NCBI GenBank assembly: GCA_030765235.1
Contig: JAVCCW010000010.1
Location: 94,907-158,906, forward strand
DNA: 64,000 bases
From: Candidatus Gorgyraea atricola
Lineage (GTDB): Bacteria > Omnitrophota > Gorgyraeia > Gorgyraeales > Gorgyraeaceae
Reading direction: 5' to 3'
A model generated the notes under the pieces. It made no database searches. It had not been told where the DNA came from and saw only the letters and a program-made list of their open reading frames with translations. The first letter of the stretch is position 1. Every line of letters starts with the position of its first letter. Shown here piece after piece: positions 50,237 to 59,605 of the stretch. Position numbers and translations under genes: made by a program.

Positions 50237-52411
50237 TTCGGAAGATTCTTCTTCCTTAATCTTGTATTCAGCTATCAGGATCTCTCTTGGCTTACTGCCT
50301 CTAAATGGGCCTACTATGCTTTCCTCTTCCATCGCGTCTATTAATCGCGCAGCCCTGGTGTAGCCCAGCCTGAGCCTGCGCTGCAGCATTGAAACAGAGG
50401 CCTGGCCTGTCTCAAGCACCATCTTTACTGCTTCGTCGAAAAACTCGTCCTTTTTAAAACCGCCTCGCCCAGACATGCTTTTTTTCTGCTGTTCAAGTAT
50501 TGCATCATCATAGATAGGATCTCTTTGTTCCTTTACTGAATTAACGACTTTTTCTATTTCAGCGTCTGTCAGGAGCGTACCTTGCGCGCGTACGGGCTTT
50601 GCGTTGCCAGGCTCTAAAAACAGCATATCGCCCTTGCCCAATAACTTATCCGCGCCATTCATATCTAAAACAGTCCTTGAATCCACTTTCGACGCCACTT
50701 TGAATGAGATCCTTGCTGGAAAATTCGCTTTTATTACACCTGTTACAACATCCACGGACGGCCGCTGCGTCGCGAGTATTATATGTATGCCCACTGCCCT
50801 TGAAAGCTGCGCGAGCCTCGTGATCGCATTCTCAACATCCTGCTGCGCTACTATCATAAGGTCTGCCAGCTCATCTATGATCACTACAAGATAAGGCATC
50901 TTTTCGCTGGATTTCTGGTTAAAGGCGTCTATGTTTCTCGCTACAGCCTTTGCAAGCTTCTTATATCTCACTTCCATCTCACTCACGACCCATTCAAGAA
51001 CGCCTGATGCCTTTTTTGAATCTGTAACCACAGGGCACAGAAGATGCGGCAGGCCATTATAGATAGCCAGCTCCACCATCTTTGGGTCCACCATTATGAA
51101 TTTCAATTCATCAGGCGTTGCATTATATATCATGCTCATTATCAAAGAATTCACGCACACAGTCTTGCCAGAGCCAGTAGTACCCGCGATCAAAAGATGC
51201 GGCATGTCGCCAAGATCTGCCACTACGCTCCTCCCAGCAATATCTTTTCCAAGCGCTATGGCAAGCTTTGAAGAGCCTGCCTGTTTCTGATATTCGCGAG
51301 ATTCAAGGATCTCTCTTAAGCCCACAAGGGATGTACTTTGATTCGGGACCTCTATGCCCACTGCTGATTTGCCCGGTATAGGGGCCACGATCCTGACTGT
51401 AGTCGCCTTCATAGTAAGCGCAATGTCATCACTTAAGGCTGTGATCTTATTCACCTTTACGCCAGGCGCTGGCTGCAGCTCGTACCTGGTAATAACAGGT
51501 CCCTTGTTTATCTCTACCACCTTTGCATCTATGCCAAAATCCTGCAAGGTATCCTCTAATACCCTGGCACTTCCTTCTAAATCCTCGCCCTTAATCTTCT
51601 CTGGCTCAGATGAAGGCATATTTAATAATTCCAAAGAAGGAAGCTTGTAGTCTCCGACTATCCTTGGTGTAAGTTTAACTGGTTTTTTAGGGGCAGGTTT
51701 TGGTTGAGCGAATATCTTAGGTTTTGGCAATACGATCCTCGGCGCAACTGGCCTCTCTACCTTTTTCTCTTCCTTGTCCCTTGTCCCTTGTCCCTTGTCC
51801 CTTGTCCCCAAGTTAACCGCCGGTCTCAACTTAGGCCTATCCTTAACCCTGACCCTCTTCTTGCTCGCCATCCCCGATATCAATTTCCATGCGCGGCCAA
51901 ATAAAAATGAAAAAATAGGTATAATCAAAAACTCTGTAGCAACCATGAGCGACAGGATAGCCAATGCAAGGGTTACTATGTATCCGCCGATCCCGCCAAA
52001 GTATCCAAGAATCTTGCTCGAAACAAAAAAACCAATAAGCCCGCCCCTCTCGACCGAAAGAACAGAATCTCCTGCGGCTGTAAGACTGAAGAACGCGCTG
52101 GCTGAGCTAAAAAGCAGCCCCAATCCTAAAAACCTGAACAAAGGTTTTTGTTCTAATCTTTCAGCGAGAATACCAATACCCCACGTGAAACACAAGAATG
52201 GAATAAGAAAACCCGCATAGCCCACTACCTTAAACACAAGCCACGCAAGATACGCGCCCACTATGCCAATATAATTTCTAACATGCAGATTCGGGGAGGA
52301 TGTTTCAAAGGAAATATCGTAAGGAGAGTAAGAAACCATTGCCGCCAGTAAAATCACTGCCAGCGCGAATAAGCTAAGCGAGATCAGTAAATCTTTCTTA
52401 TCTCTTGTCAT
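50228..52411 (-). CDS. ftsK: DNA translocase FtsK
   Basis: 727 aa; N-terminal TM helices, linker, motor domain with Walker A GTTGSGKT. Linker contains (cttgtcc)x4 heptamer tract at 51775-51805. Confidence 0.95.
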   Translation of the reverse strand: MTRDKKDLLISLSLFALAVILLAAMVSYSPYDISFETSSPNLHVRNYIGIVGAYLAWLVFKVVGYAGFLIPFLCFTWGIGILAERLEQKPLFRFLGLGLLFSSASAFFSLTAAGDSVLSVERGGLIGFFVSSKILGYFGGIGGYIVTLALAILSLMVATEFLIIPIFSFLFGRAWKLISGMASKKRVRVKDRPKLRPAVNLGTRDKGQGTRDKEEKKVERPVAPRIVLPKPKIFAQPKPAPKKPVKLTPRIVGDYKLPSLELLNMPSSEPEKIKGEDLEGSARVLEDTLQDFGIDAKVVEINKGPVITRYELQPAPGVKVNKITALSDDIALTMKATTVRIVAPIPGKSAVGIEVPNQSTSLVGLREILESREYQKQAGSSKLAIALGKDIAGRSVVADLGDMPHLLIAGTTGSGKTVCVNSLIMSMIYNATPDELKFIMVDPKMVELAIYNGLPHLLCPVVTDSKKASGVLEWVVSEMEVRYKKLAKAVARNIDAFNQKSSEKMPYLVVIIDELADLMIVAQQDVENAITRLAQLSRAVGIHIILATQRPSVDVVTGVIKANFPARISFKVASKVDSRTVLDMNGADKLLGKGDMLFLEPGNAKPVRAQGTLLTDAEIEKVVNSVKEQRDPIYDDAILEQQKKSMSGRGGFKKDEFFDEAVKMVLETGQASVSMLQRRLRLGYTRAARLIDAMEEESIVGPFRGSKPREILIAEYKIKEEESSESV

Positions 52412-52412
52412 T

Positions 52413-52452
52413 TTCCCGTTTCCCGTTAGCCCGTTGCCCGTTTAGCCCGTTA
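52413..52452. repeat. Family D half copy
   Basis: cccgtttcccgttagcccgttgcccgtttagcccgttac. Confidence 0.75.
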
Positions 52453-53190
52453 CAAAAATAATAGAGCTACTAGCCCAAGAATAATGCAATAAATGCCAAA
52501 CAGATGAAACTTATTCTTGTAAAGCACCCTTAATAACAATTTTAATGACAAAACACCAATAATGCAAGAAGTAATAAAGCCTATTAAATAAATCGGGCTA
52601 AATCCTGTCAAGGCCGGATCTTTTATCTTAAATAAGGCCGCGCCTATTATTGCGGGAATGGCTAATAAAAATGAAAATCTCGCGGCAGCCTGGCCATCGA
52701 GCCCCAGAAATAATCCCGTGGAAATAGTCACGCCGCTCCTTGATATGCCTGGCATAACTGCAATAGCCTGGGCCAGGCCTATCAAGATTGCCTTAAGGCC
52801 TGAAATACCACCAGAGCCGAATCTAAGAAAGCTCCCAAGGATAAGCCATATGCCGGTTACAACAAGCATTGCGCCGACCATCTTGACATTGCCAAATGCT
52901 GCTTCGATCCCTTTACCAAAAAACAATACGCATAATACAGTAACAGCAGTTGCCATTAAGATAAAGAAACCTATTTTTCTCTTAACAGTAACTGCCTCTA
53001 TTATATCTTTCCAAAATACTATGAATATAGCGGCCAGAGTACCAACATGCAGAAATATATCAAAACTAAGCTGCGGCCCTTCCATACCCATCAGCTTATG
53101 CATGATCACGAGATGACCCGAGCTGGAGACTGGAAGAAATTCAGTAAGGCCTTGGACTATGCCGGAGATTAAGGCTTGGAGGAAAGTCAT
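52450..53190 (-). CDS. uppP: undecaprenyl-diphosphate phosphatase
   Basis: GIVQGLTEFLPVSSSGHL N-terminal signature. Confidence 0.9.
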   Translation of the reverse strand: MTFLQALISGIVQGLTEFLPVSSSGHLVIMHKLMGMEGPQLSFDIFLHVGTLAAIFIVFWKDIIEAVTVKRKIGFFILMATAVTVLCVLFFGKGIEAAFGNVKMVGAMLVVTGIWLILGSFLRFGSGGISGLKAILIGLAQAIAVMPGISRSGVTISTGLFLGLDGQAAARFSFLLAIPAIIGAALFKIKDPALTGFSPIYLIGFITSCIIGVLSLKLLLRVLYKNKFHLFGIYCIILGLVALLFL

Positions 53191-53202
53191 ACTTTACAGC
53201 AA

Positions 53203-53272
53203 GAGGTTACGAAGGTTATGGAAGGTTATGTAACGTTCCATAACATTACGTAACATTCCATAACCTCCACGT
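53203..53272. repeat. Family B palindromic repeat copy (short)
   Basis: aagaggttacgaaggttatggaagg...cattccataacctcc. Confidence 0.85.
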
Positions 53273-53282
53273 ATTAAAACAC

Positions 53283-55358
53283 TTATTCCTGCGCCTGCTT
53301 AATACTCAAATTCAACCTACCCATATCATCTATCTTAATCAGCTTGACCTTGACCTTGTCGCCTACTTTTACAGCTTCCTCGACATTTTTGACAAACTTG
53401 CCTGCCAATTCAGATACATGGATCAGGCCTTCTTTTCCAGGGAAGATCTCGCAAAACGCGCCGAAATTCATAAGACGCGTGATCGTGCCCTCAAACACAG
53501 TGCCTATCTTGATATCACCTGCTATACCTTTTATGATCTCTATGGCCCTATCAATGGCTTCCTTGTTCTCAGACGCTACTGAAACCTTACCTTCATCTCC
53601 ATCCACCTCGATGGTCGCTCCTGTTTCCTGAATGATCCTCTTTATTACCTTTCCGCCTGGCCCTATTACCGCGCCGATCTTGTCCTTATTTATAGTGATC
53701 ATCTTTATCTTTGGCGCGTACTCAGAAAGTTCCTGCCGCGGCCCTTCCATTGCTTCCTTGATCTTATTCAAGATAAATGAACGCGCGGGTTTTGTCTGCG
53801 TCATAATCTTTTTTATTAATTCCAGGTCAATACCATCGATTTTCAGATCCATCTGGAGCGCTGTGACACCTACCTCAGTGCCTGTGACTTTAAAATCCAT
53901 ATCTCCAAAATGATCTTCAATGCCCGCGATATCAGTCAGGATCATGGCCTTGTCCCCATCTTTTACCAGACCCATGGCAATACCAGATACAGGTCTTTTT
54001 ATAGGTACGCCCGCGTCCATCAAAGAAAGCGTGCTCGCGCACACTGTTGCCATGCTGCTCGAACCATTTGACTCAAGTATCTCAGATACGATCCTTACTG
54101 TATAAGGAAATTCCTCAGCAGATGGCATCACTGCCTCAAGCGCCCTTGCTGCTAAAGCGCCATGCCCGATCTCACGCCTTCCAGGACCTCTTGCAGGCCT
54201 TGCCTCTCCCACGCTAAACGGAGGAAAGTTATAATGCAGCATAAAACTCTTGAACTTCTCGCCTTCCAGTGTATCAAGCCTCTGCTCATCATCGCCAGTG
54301 CCCAATGTCGTTACAGACAGACTCTGCGTCTGTCCTCTTGTGAATAACCCTGAGCCATGCGTCCTGGGCAGCACCCCGACTTCACACGTGATCTCCCTTA
54401 TGTCCTCACACTTCCTGCCATCTACTCTTTTCTTTTTTTCTAATATAAACTTGCGGACCTCTTCCTTCTCGATCTTCTCAAGCGCGCTCTTTATATCCGC
54501 GTCTTCTAAGGTCTCGTCCTGCGCCTTTAACTTTTCTATGACCTCTTTGCTCAGGATACTCAAAGCCTCTTCTCTCTGCTCCTTTATAGGAAGAGAGTTA
54601 ACTTTATTCAATCCTGACAGAGAAAGCTTTTTAACCTTCTCGCATAACTCATCTGAGACAAGCTTCAATTCAGGCTTGATCTTTTTCTTGCCTGCTTTTT
54701 TCTTTAATTCCTCTTGTAGTTCAATTGTCTCAGCTATGTATTTCTGGGCAAGCTCTATTGCCTCGACCATCTTTTCTTCTGATATCTCGCTTGCTCCTGC
54801 CTCGAGCATAACGATCTTGTCCTTCATGCCTACCGCGACCAGATTTAAAGCGCTGTTCTCCATCTCATCAAATGTAGGATTCACGATAAATTTATCTTCT
54901 ACTAATCCTATCCTCACAGCGCCCACAGGCCCTGCGAACGGTATATCTGAGATCGTCAATGCGGCTGAGGCGCCTATCAAGGCAGGTATGTCAGAATTAT
55001 TTTCTCCATCGCTTGAAAGCACTATTGCGAATATCTGCACGTCATTTAAAAACCCCTCTGGAAATAACGGCCTTATAGGCCTATCTATGAGCCTGGCGGT
55101 CAGGATCTCTTTTTCCGTAGGCCTTCCTTCTCTTTTGAAATATCCACCGGGTATCTTACCCGCAGCATATGTCTTTTCCTGGTATTCCACTGTAAGAGGG
55201 AAAAAGCCGATACCCTTCCTCTGTTCTTTTGAACTGACAGCAGTAGCCAGGACCATGGTATCTCCATACTGCACACACACAGAACCGCTTGCCTGCTTTG
55301 CCATTTTCCCGGTTTCAATAACTAAATTCTCTTTTCCTATCTTTCTTTCGACTTTCAT
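53283..55358 (-). CDS. pnp: polyribonucleotide nucleotidyltransferase (PNPase)
   Basis: 691 aa; two RNase PH domains, KH (..IGPGGKVIKRI..) and S1 domains. Confidence 0.97.
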   Translation of the reverse strand: MKVERKIGKENLVIETGKMAKQASGSVCVQYGDTMVLATAVSSKEQRKGIGFFPLTVEYQEKTYAAGKIPGGYFKREGRPTEKEILTARLIDRPIRPLFPEGFLNDVQIFAIVLSSDGENNSDIPALIGASAALTISDIPFAGPVGAVRIGLVEDKFIVNPTFDEMENSALNLVAVGMKDKIVMLEAGASEISEEKMVEAIELAQKYIAETIELQEELKKKAGKKKIKPELKLVSDELCEKVKKLSLSGLNKVNSLPIKEQREEALSILSKEVIEKLKAQDETLEDADIKSALEKIEKEEVRKFILEKKKRVDGRKCEDIREITCEVGVLPRTHGSGLFTRGQTQSLSVTTLGTGDDEQRLDTLEGEKFKSFMLHYNFPPFSVGEARPARGPGRREIGHGALAARALEAVMPSAEEFPYTVRIVSEILESNGSSSMATVCASTLSLMDAGVPIKRPVSGIAMGLVKDGDKAMILTDIAGIEDHFGDMDFKVTGTEVGVTALQMDLKIDGIDLELIKKIMTQTKPARSFILNKIKEAMEGPRQELSEYAPKIKMITINKDKIGAVIGPGGKVIKRIIQETGATIEVDGDEGKVSVASENKEAIDRAIEIIKGIAGDIKIGTVFEGTITRLMNFGAFCEIFPGKEGLIHVSELAGKFVKNVEEAVKVGDKVKVKLIKIDDMGRLNLSIKQAQE

Positions 55359-55381
55359 TGAAGACTCCCTTTCTTAGTTGT

Positions 55382-55450
55382 AGCTTTCAGCCCTCAACTC
55401 TCAGCTCTCAGCCTTAAAAGCTGAAAGCTGACAGCTGATCGCTGAAAGCT
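55382..55450. repeat. Family E palindromic repeat (agctttcagccctcaactctcagc.../...gctgacagctgatcgctgaaagct)
   Basis: Imperfect inverted repeat between pnp and rpsO. Confidence 0.8.
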
Positions 55451-55524
55451 ATCGTTATAATAAAAGCGGATCTGCCGACCCTAATTACCTGCTTAGCGAC
55501 CCAGGTCGTTAAATCCGCCCTTCA

Positions 55525-55794
55525 TTATTTCTTTAAGTTTAACTTTTTTACGAGCTCGCGATACTTGTCAGTATTTTCTCTTCTTAAATACTCCAAGAGT
55601 CTTTTTCTCTGACTGACCAAACGTAAAAGACCTACCCTGGAATGATAATCCTTCTTATGAGCTTTAAAATGCCCTGTAAGGTTATTAATCCTATTGGTAA
55701 GCAATGCTACCTGCACACTGCAGGAGCCTGTGTCTTTTTCGTGCTCAGCAAAATCCTTCACGATCCCTTGTTTTGCATCCTTCGCTAATACCAT
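55525..55794 (-). CDS. rpsO: 30S ribosomal protein S15
   Basis: 89 aa; ..[39 protein letters not shown].. Confidence 0.95.
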   Translation of the reverse strand: MVLAKDAKQGIVKDFAEHEKDTGSCSVQVALLTNRINNLTGHFKAHKKDYHSRVGLLRLVSQRKRLLEYLRRENTDKYRELVKKLNLKK

Positions 55795-55821
55795 TTTTCT
55801 CTCCTTTGAGCTGAAATTATA

Positions 55822-56772
55822 CTATTTTTTACCCCTGCGGTCAAGCAATTTCTTCACGACCAACATATATCCCAATATCTTTAACTCATATAATACTATA
55901 AAAGGTAGATTCAATAATATGCCACGTAATGAATCATTCTTTTTTATGCATAAGTATCTATTCTTAATATACCTTCTCTTCAACTCCTCAGAAATACGGT
56001 GGACTAGGGGTTGGGGTGTCCTGTGAGTGGGAGGATCCACACCGGGCGGAGGGGCCCACGAACAGGATACCCCGACCTCTAGTCCACCCGCAGTTCCCCC
56101 TCTCACATGATACGCTAGTGCCTTCGGGTTATAATATGCTTTCCAATCCTTCTTCTGTGCTCTCCAACATAAGTCTAGATCTTCGTAATACATGTCAAAT
56201 CTCTCGTCAAAATATCCATATTTATCCCTTACATTCTTCAGCATGCTTTTTCTTAAAAAAGCGCATGCGCCGCTGGCTCCAAATACATATCCTGGCTCAT
56301 CATACTGCCCCTTGTCTACCTTTCCATAGCCTCTCTCGACTGGCTTTCTATTCTTGCCTAAAAATAATCCTGTTGAATCTATGGTCTTTTTATCCATTCT
56401 TAATATTTTTCCGCTTACCATGCCGATTCGCGTATCAAGACCTATCGCCAATAGAACCTGCCTCAGATAATCTTTGTCCAACACGCAGTCGTTATTCAGG
56501 CATAAGACAAAATTCCCTTTTGACGCATCAATGCCCTGATTCTGCGCTTTACAAAAAAGAAGGTTGCTGGTATTTCTGATCAATTGAACATCCGAATAAT
56601 ACATGGCTACCATCTCGATACTGCCATCGGTAGAGGCATTATCTACAACAATAGTCTCAATATCCTGAAAATTCTGTCCCCTTACGGAGTCCAGACACTG
56701 CCTCAACAAATCTTTCCTGTTGTAATTGACAATTATTATTGATATCATAGATTTAATTATATCATGAATCAA
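55822..56772 (-). CDS. GT2 glycosyltransferase carrying an in-frame 93-nt GC-rich palindromic insertion
   Basis: N-terminal IIIVNYNRKDLL..VVDNASTDGS; C-terminal ..RRYIKNRYLCIKKNDSLRGILLNLPF.. is normal GT2 tail. Between them lies a foreign 31-aa segment AGGLEVGVSCSWAPPPGVDPPTHRTPQPLVH. Confidence 0.8.
   Translation of the reverse strand: MIHDIIKSMISIIIVNYNRKDLLRQCLDSVRGQNFQDIETIVVDNASTDGSIEMVAMYYSDVQLIRNTSNLLFCKAQNQGIDASKGNFVLCLNNDCVLDKDYLRQVLLAIGLDTRIGMVSGKILRMDKKTIDSTGLFLGKNRKPVERGYGKVDKGQYDEPGYVFGASGACAFLRKSMLKNVRDKYGYFDERFDMYYEDLDLCWRAQKKDWKAYYNPKALAYHVRGGTAGGLEVGVSCSWAPPPGVDPPTHRTPQPLVHRISEELKRRYIKNRYLCIKKNDSLRGILLNLPFIVLYELKILGYMLVVKKLLDRRGKK
55997..56089. repeat. GC-rich palindromic element inside GT2 CDS (arms cggtggactaggggttggggtgtcctgt / acaggataccccgacctctagtccaccc)
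   Basis: 93 nt = 31 codons; locally very GC-rich against an AT-rich host gene; reads through in frame. Confidence 0.85.
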
Positions 56773-57945
56773 ACAGAAACCAAACCCTTATCACCCCTCA
56801 TATTTATTCCCTTATTATCCCTTATCTTCATCCGGCCTTTCATCTCTGGCCTTGCATACCCGGCCTTTGAGATGTTTTATGAAAACATCTTGATATTCCT
56901 TGCTATCATGATCTTATTCATGGAAAGATCCAGATTTAAACTGTATCCTAAAAATTTCAGTAACTTCCCTGTAATATTCCTATTATTTGCCTATGCTATT
57001 TCAACTATATTCTCGATCAACATACAAAACTCTATTAGAGAAACGCTTAAATTCATCAGTTTCTTTGCCATATTCTTTATGGTTTCCCAATCTGATGAAA
57101 AACAAAAGAAACTGCTGCTAAAGACCATTGTCATAGCTGCTTCAATAATAAGTCTGTATTCAATATACCAGTACTTCTGGGGATATGGACGCACACTAGA
57201 TTATCTACAAAAAACCAACAGCGATTTTCTCTCCACCTCTTCCTATGCCCGCGACATCCTGCTCTCAAAACGCGCAATAGGAACATTTCCCTCTCCGAAT
57301 ATCTTAGCTGGATACTTGATAATAATGTTTTTTCTCGCAATGCACTTACAGCGTCGCATTTCGCTAGTTCTAATCACTGCTGCGTTAATCCTCACTAAAT
57401 CCATGGGCGCGTGGTTAAGTCTTATTGCTGCACTGATCTACCTCGGTAACTTCGTAAGTTACCCAAAGGGTAACTTACGAAGTTACCGAGGTAAGTTAAT
57501 GGCAGTATTAATCGTAGCTATACTATGTTTTATCCTCGTGAATCGCTGGGAACGCCTGATGAACATGGAAAACCCGCAAAATTCCATTACCCAGCGCCTA
57601 AACTACTGGCGCACAGCCATAGCCATAATAAAAGATCAGGCTATTTTTGGAGTCGGACCTGGTAATTTTCAAGAAGTCTTCTTGGGGCATAAGGTAGGCT
57701 TAGGCACAGATACAAGATACGCGCATAACATATTTCTTCACATATGGTCAGAAATAGGTATCTTAGGTCTTGTAGGAGTCTTTTACCTTATTATTAATTT
57801 TTTCAGAAAAGCCAGATCTCAATCCAGCTATAGATTTATACTGTGCGGCGGGCTTGTGTTTATCCTGCATAATCTCATAGATAATACCTTTTTCATGCCT
57901 CAAGCTGCACTCTTCTGGTGGATATTACTGGCTTCTAAGGAATAG
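56764..57945 (+). CDS. O-antigen ligase/polymerase family membrane protein (Wzy_C domain)
   Basis: 393 aa polytopic membrane protein. Contains in-frame perfect palindrome at 57441-57491. Confidence 0.7.
   Translation: MNQTETKPLSPLIFIPLLSLIFIRPFISGLAYPAFEMFYENILIFLAIMILFMERSRFKLYPKNFSNFPVIFLLFAYAISTIFSINIQNSIRETLKFISFFAIFFMVSQSDEKQKKLLLKTIVIAASIISLYSIYQYFWGYGRTLDYLQKTNSDFLSTSSYARDILLSKRAIGTFPSPNILAGYLIIMFFLAMHLQRRISLVLITAALILTKSMGAWLSLIAALIYLGNFVSYPKGNLRSYRGKLMAVLIVAILCFILVNRWERLMNMENPQNSITQRLNYWRTAIAIIKDQAIFGVGPGNFQEVFLGHKVGLGTDTRYAHNIFLHIWSEIGILGLVGVFYLIINFFRKARSQSSYRFILCGGLVFILHNLIDNTFFMPQAALFWWILLASKE
57441..57491. repeat. Perfect 24-bp-arm palindrome inside O-antigen ligase CDS (cctcggtaacttcgtaagttaccc-aaa-gggtaacttacgaagttaccgagg)
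   Basis: 51 nt = 17 codons encoding LGNFVSYPKGNLRSYRG; words ttacgaag/cttcgtaa relate it to family B. Confidence 0.85.
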
Positions 57946-59603
57946 ACCCTATCCACGGCCATAAGTGTCGATGATCTATGAGAAACAGTAATCAGGCTTA
58001 TTTCTCCAAGGAGCTGTTTTATATTCAATAATATCTTTTCCTCGCTGGCTGAATCCACAGAAGACATTGCCTCATCAAGGATCAGGATCCTGGGCCTTTT
58101 AATTATTGCACGGGCAATGGCGATCCTTTGCTTTTGTCCTTCTGATATCTTGCAGGCATTTTCACCTATAACCGTTTCATATCCATCAGGAAGATTATTT
58201 ATAAAATCATCGGCCAAAGAATGCCTGGCGGCCTCACATATCTCAGCCCTACTCGCGTTCTTTTTTCCATAGGCAATATTGTTCGCTACAGTATCGTTGA
58301 ACAAAAAAGGTTCCTGCAATGCCATGCCGATCTGTTCTTTTAGGCTCCCCATCTTCATGTCCTTGATATTGACACCATCAATAAGGATCTCTCCCTGCCA
58401 TGGATCATAAAGCCTTACGATTAAATTCAATAATGTGGTCTTGCCAGCGCCTGAAGGCGCAAAAAAACCAATATGCTTATTGCCTTCTATTGAAAAACTT
58501 AGATCCTTTAGGATAGGCTTGCCCGGCATATATCCAAAGCTAACGTTTTTAAATTGTATATTGCCTTGACTGAAAACAATGTTTCTTGCGCCTTTGTCCT
58601 CAATGACCATCCCTTCTTCATCTAAAATAGCAGCCACCCTTTGACAGGAGATAAGCCCCAATACAGCTGTTTGAAAAAATCCTACAAAGCTATTCTGCAT
58701 AGCTACTAGCTGCCCCAGGTAGACCAATATCGCTGCAAGACTTCCAAGACTCATTTCTCCCCTGATAACCATATATCCGCCGTAAAAACTAATAAGGCCT
58801 ATAATGATCTTACTCCCCGCATTCGCGGCAAAAGCGCCAAAGATATCCAGCCTTACACTGCTAAGCTCTATCTTTATATTGTCCATCAACTGCCTCAGGT
58901 ATTTCTTCGTCTCGACATTTTCTTTATTAAATACCTTAATAAGAGGGATGTGAGAAAAAAGCTCCTGAATGGATTTAAAAATATTCTGAGAATTCCCGAT
59001 CAATCTTTCCCAGACCTTCCTTCTTTTATTGATAAAATAATATGACGGTAAATAGAGGAAGGGTGTGAGAAAAAAAGCGAGGACTGCAATCCTCCAGTTA
59101 AGATGCGATATAATAATAAGGATAAGCACAAGTTTAGGAAAAAGGGCTATGGCCCGAGGAAGCGTAGTCGCAACAAGATCTTTTACCCTGCTAATATCGT
59201 GATCGATCTTATAAAGATGCTCCCCTGTGCTTTTATTTTGAAACCAGCTAAGCGGAAGGATCTCTATCTTTTTAAAAACCTTCTTGTTTAGATCAAATTT
59301 TATTCTTAATTTTACATATCTCTCTAAATATTGCCCGAACCCGTTTATAATTCCTATAACAATAAAAACTGCCCCGCCTATGATTACCAGAATGACAAAG
59401 GTCTTTAAATCCTTATTTCCTATTGCCTTATCAACGACTAATTTTGTCAAATACGGATTGATCAGCCCCAGCAATGCCCCAAAACCACTCAGGAAGATAA
59501 TTGCTGCCCATTTTTCTCTATAAGGCAAGAGTAATTTTATAAATCTTAAGAAAAGCGCCTGCTGTTTCTTGTCTAATCTTATTTTATGCCGGGAAAAATT
59601 CAT
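57900..59603 (-). CDS. ABC exporter, fused permease + ATPase (no C39 peptidase domain)
   Basis: 567 aa; 6 TM helices then Walker A GAGKTTL, LSGGQRQR, Walker B ILDEA. Confidence 0.85.
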   Translation of the reverse strand: MNFSRHKIRLDKKQQALFLRFIKLLLPYREKWAAIIFLSGFGALLGLINPYLTKLVVDKAIGNKDLKTFVILVIIGGAVFIVIGIINGFGQYLERYVKLRIKFDLNKKVFKKIEILPLSWFQNKSTGEHLYKIDHDISRVKDLVATTLPRAIALFPKLVLILIIISHLNWRIAVLAFFLTPFLYLPSYYFINKRRKVWERLIGNSQNIFKSIQELFSHIPLIKVFNKENVETKKYLRQLMDNIKIELSSVRLDIFGAFAANAGSKIIIGLISFYGGYMVIRGEMSLGSLAAILVYLGQLVAMQNSFVGFFQTAVLGLISCQRVAAILDEEGMVIEDKGARNIVFSQGNIQFKNVSFGYMPGKPILKDLSFSIEGNKHIGFFAPSGAGKTTLLNLIVRLYDPWQGEILIDGVNIKDMKMGSLKEQIGMALQEPFLFNDTVANNIAYGKKNASRAEICEAARHSLADDFINNLPDGYETVIGENACKISEGQKQRIAIARAIIKRPRILILDEAMSSVDSASEEKILLNIKQLLGEISLITVSHRSSTLMAVDRVYSLEASNIHQKSAA

Positions 59604-59605
59604 AT

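Noticed and set aside
54250-55377. 375-aa plus-strand ORF antisense to pnp (and similar long antisense ORFs at 880-1215, 9974-10411, 23968-24351, 38895-39686, 44226-44894)
   Set aside because: Ser/Leu/Phe-rich low-complexity translations opposite well-supported genes; typical antisense ORFs in AT-rich DNA with Lys/Glu-rich sense genes.
55997-56089. GC-rich segment in GT2 interpreted as intein or intron
   Set aside because: 93 nt is far too short for an intein or group I/II intron. The sequence is palindromic and encodes no splicing motifs. In-frame palindromic insertion or assembly artefact are the live options.
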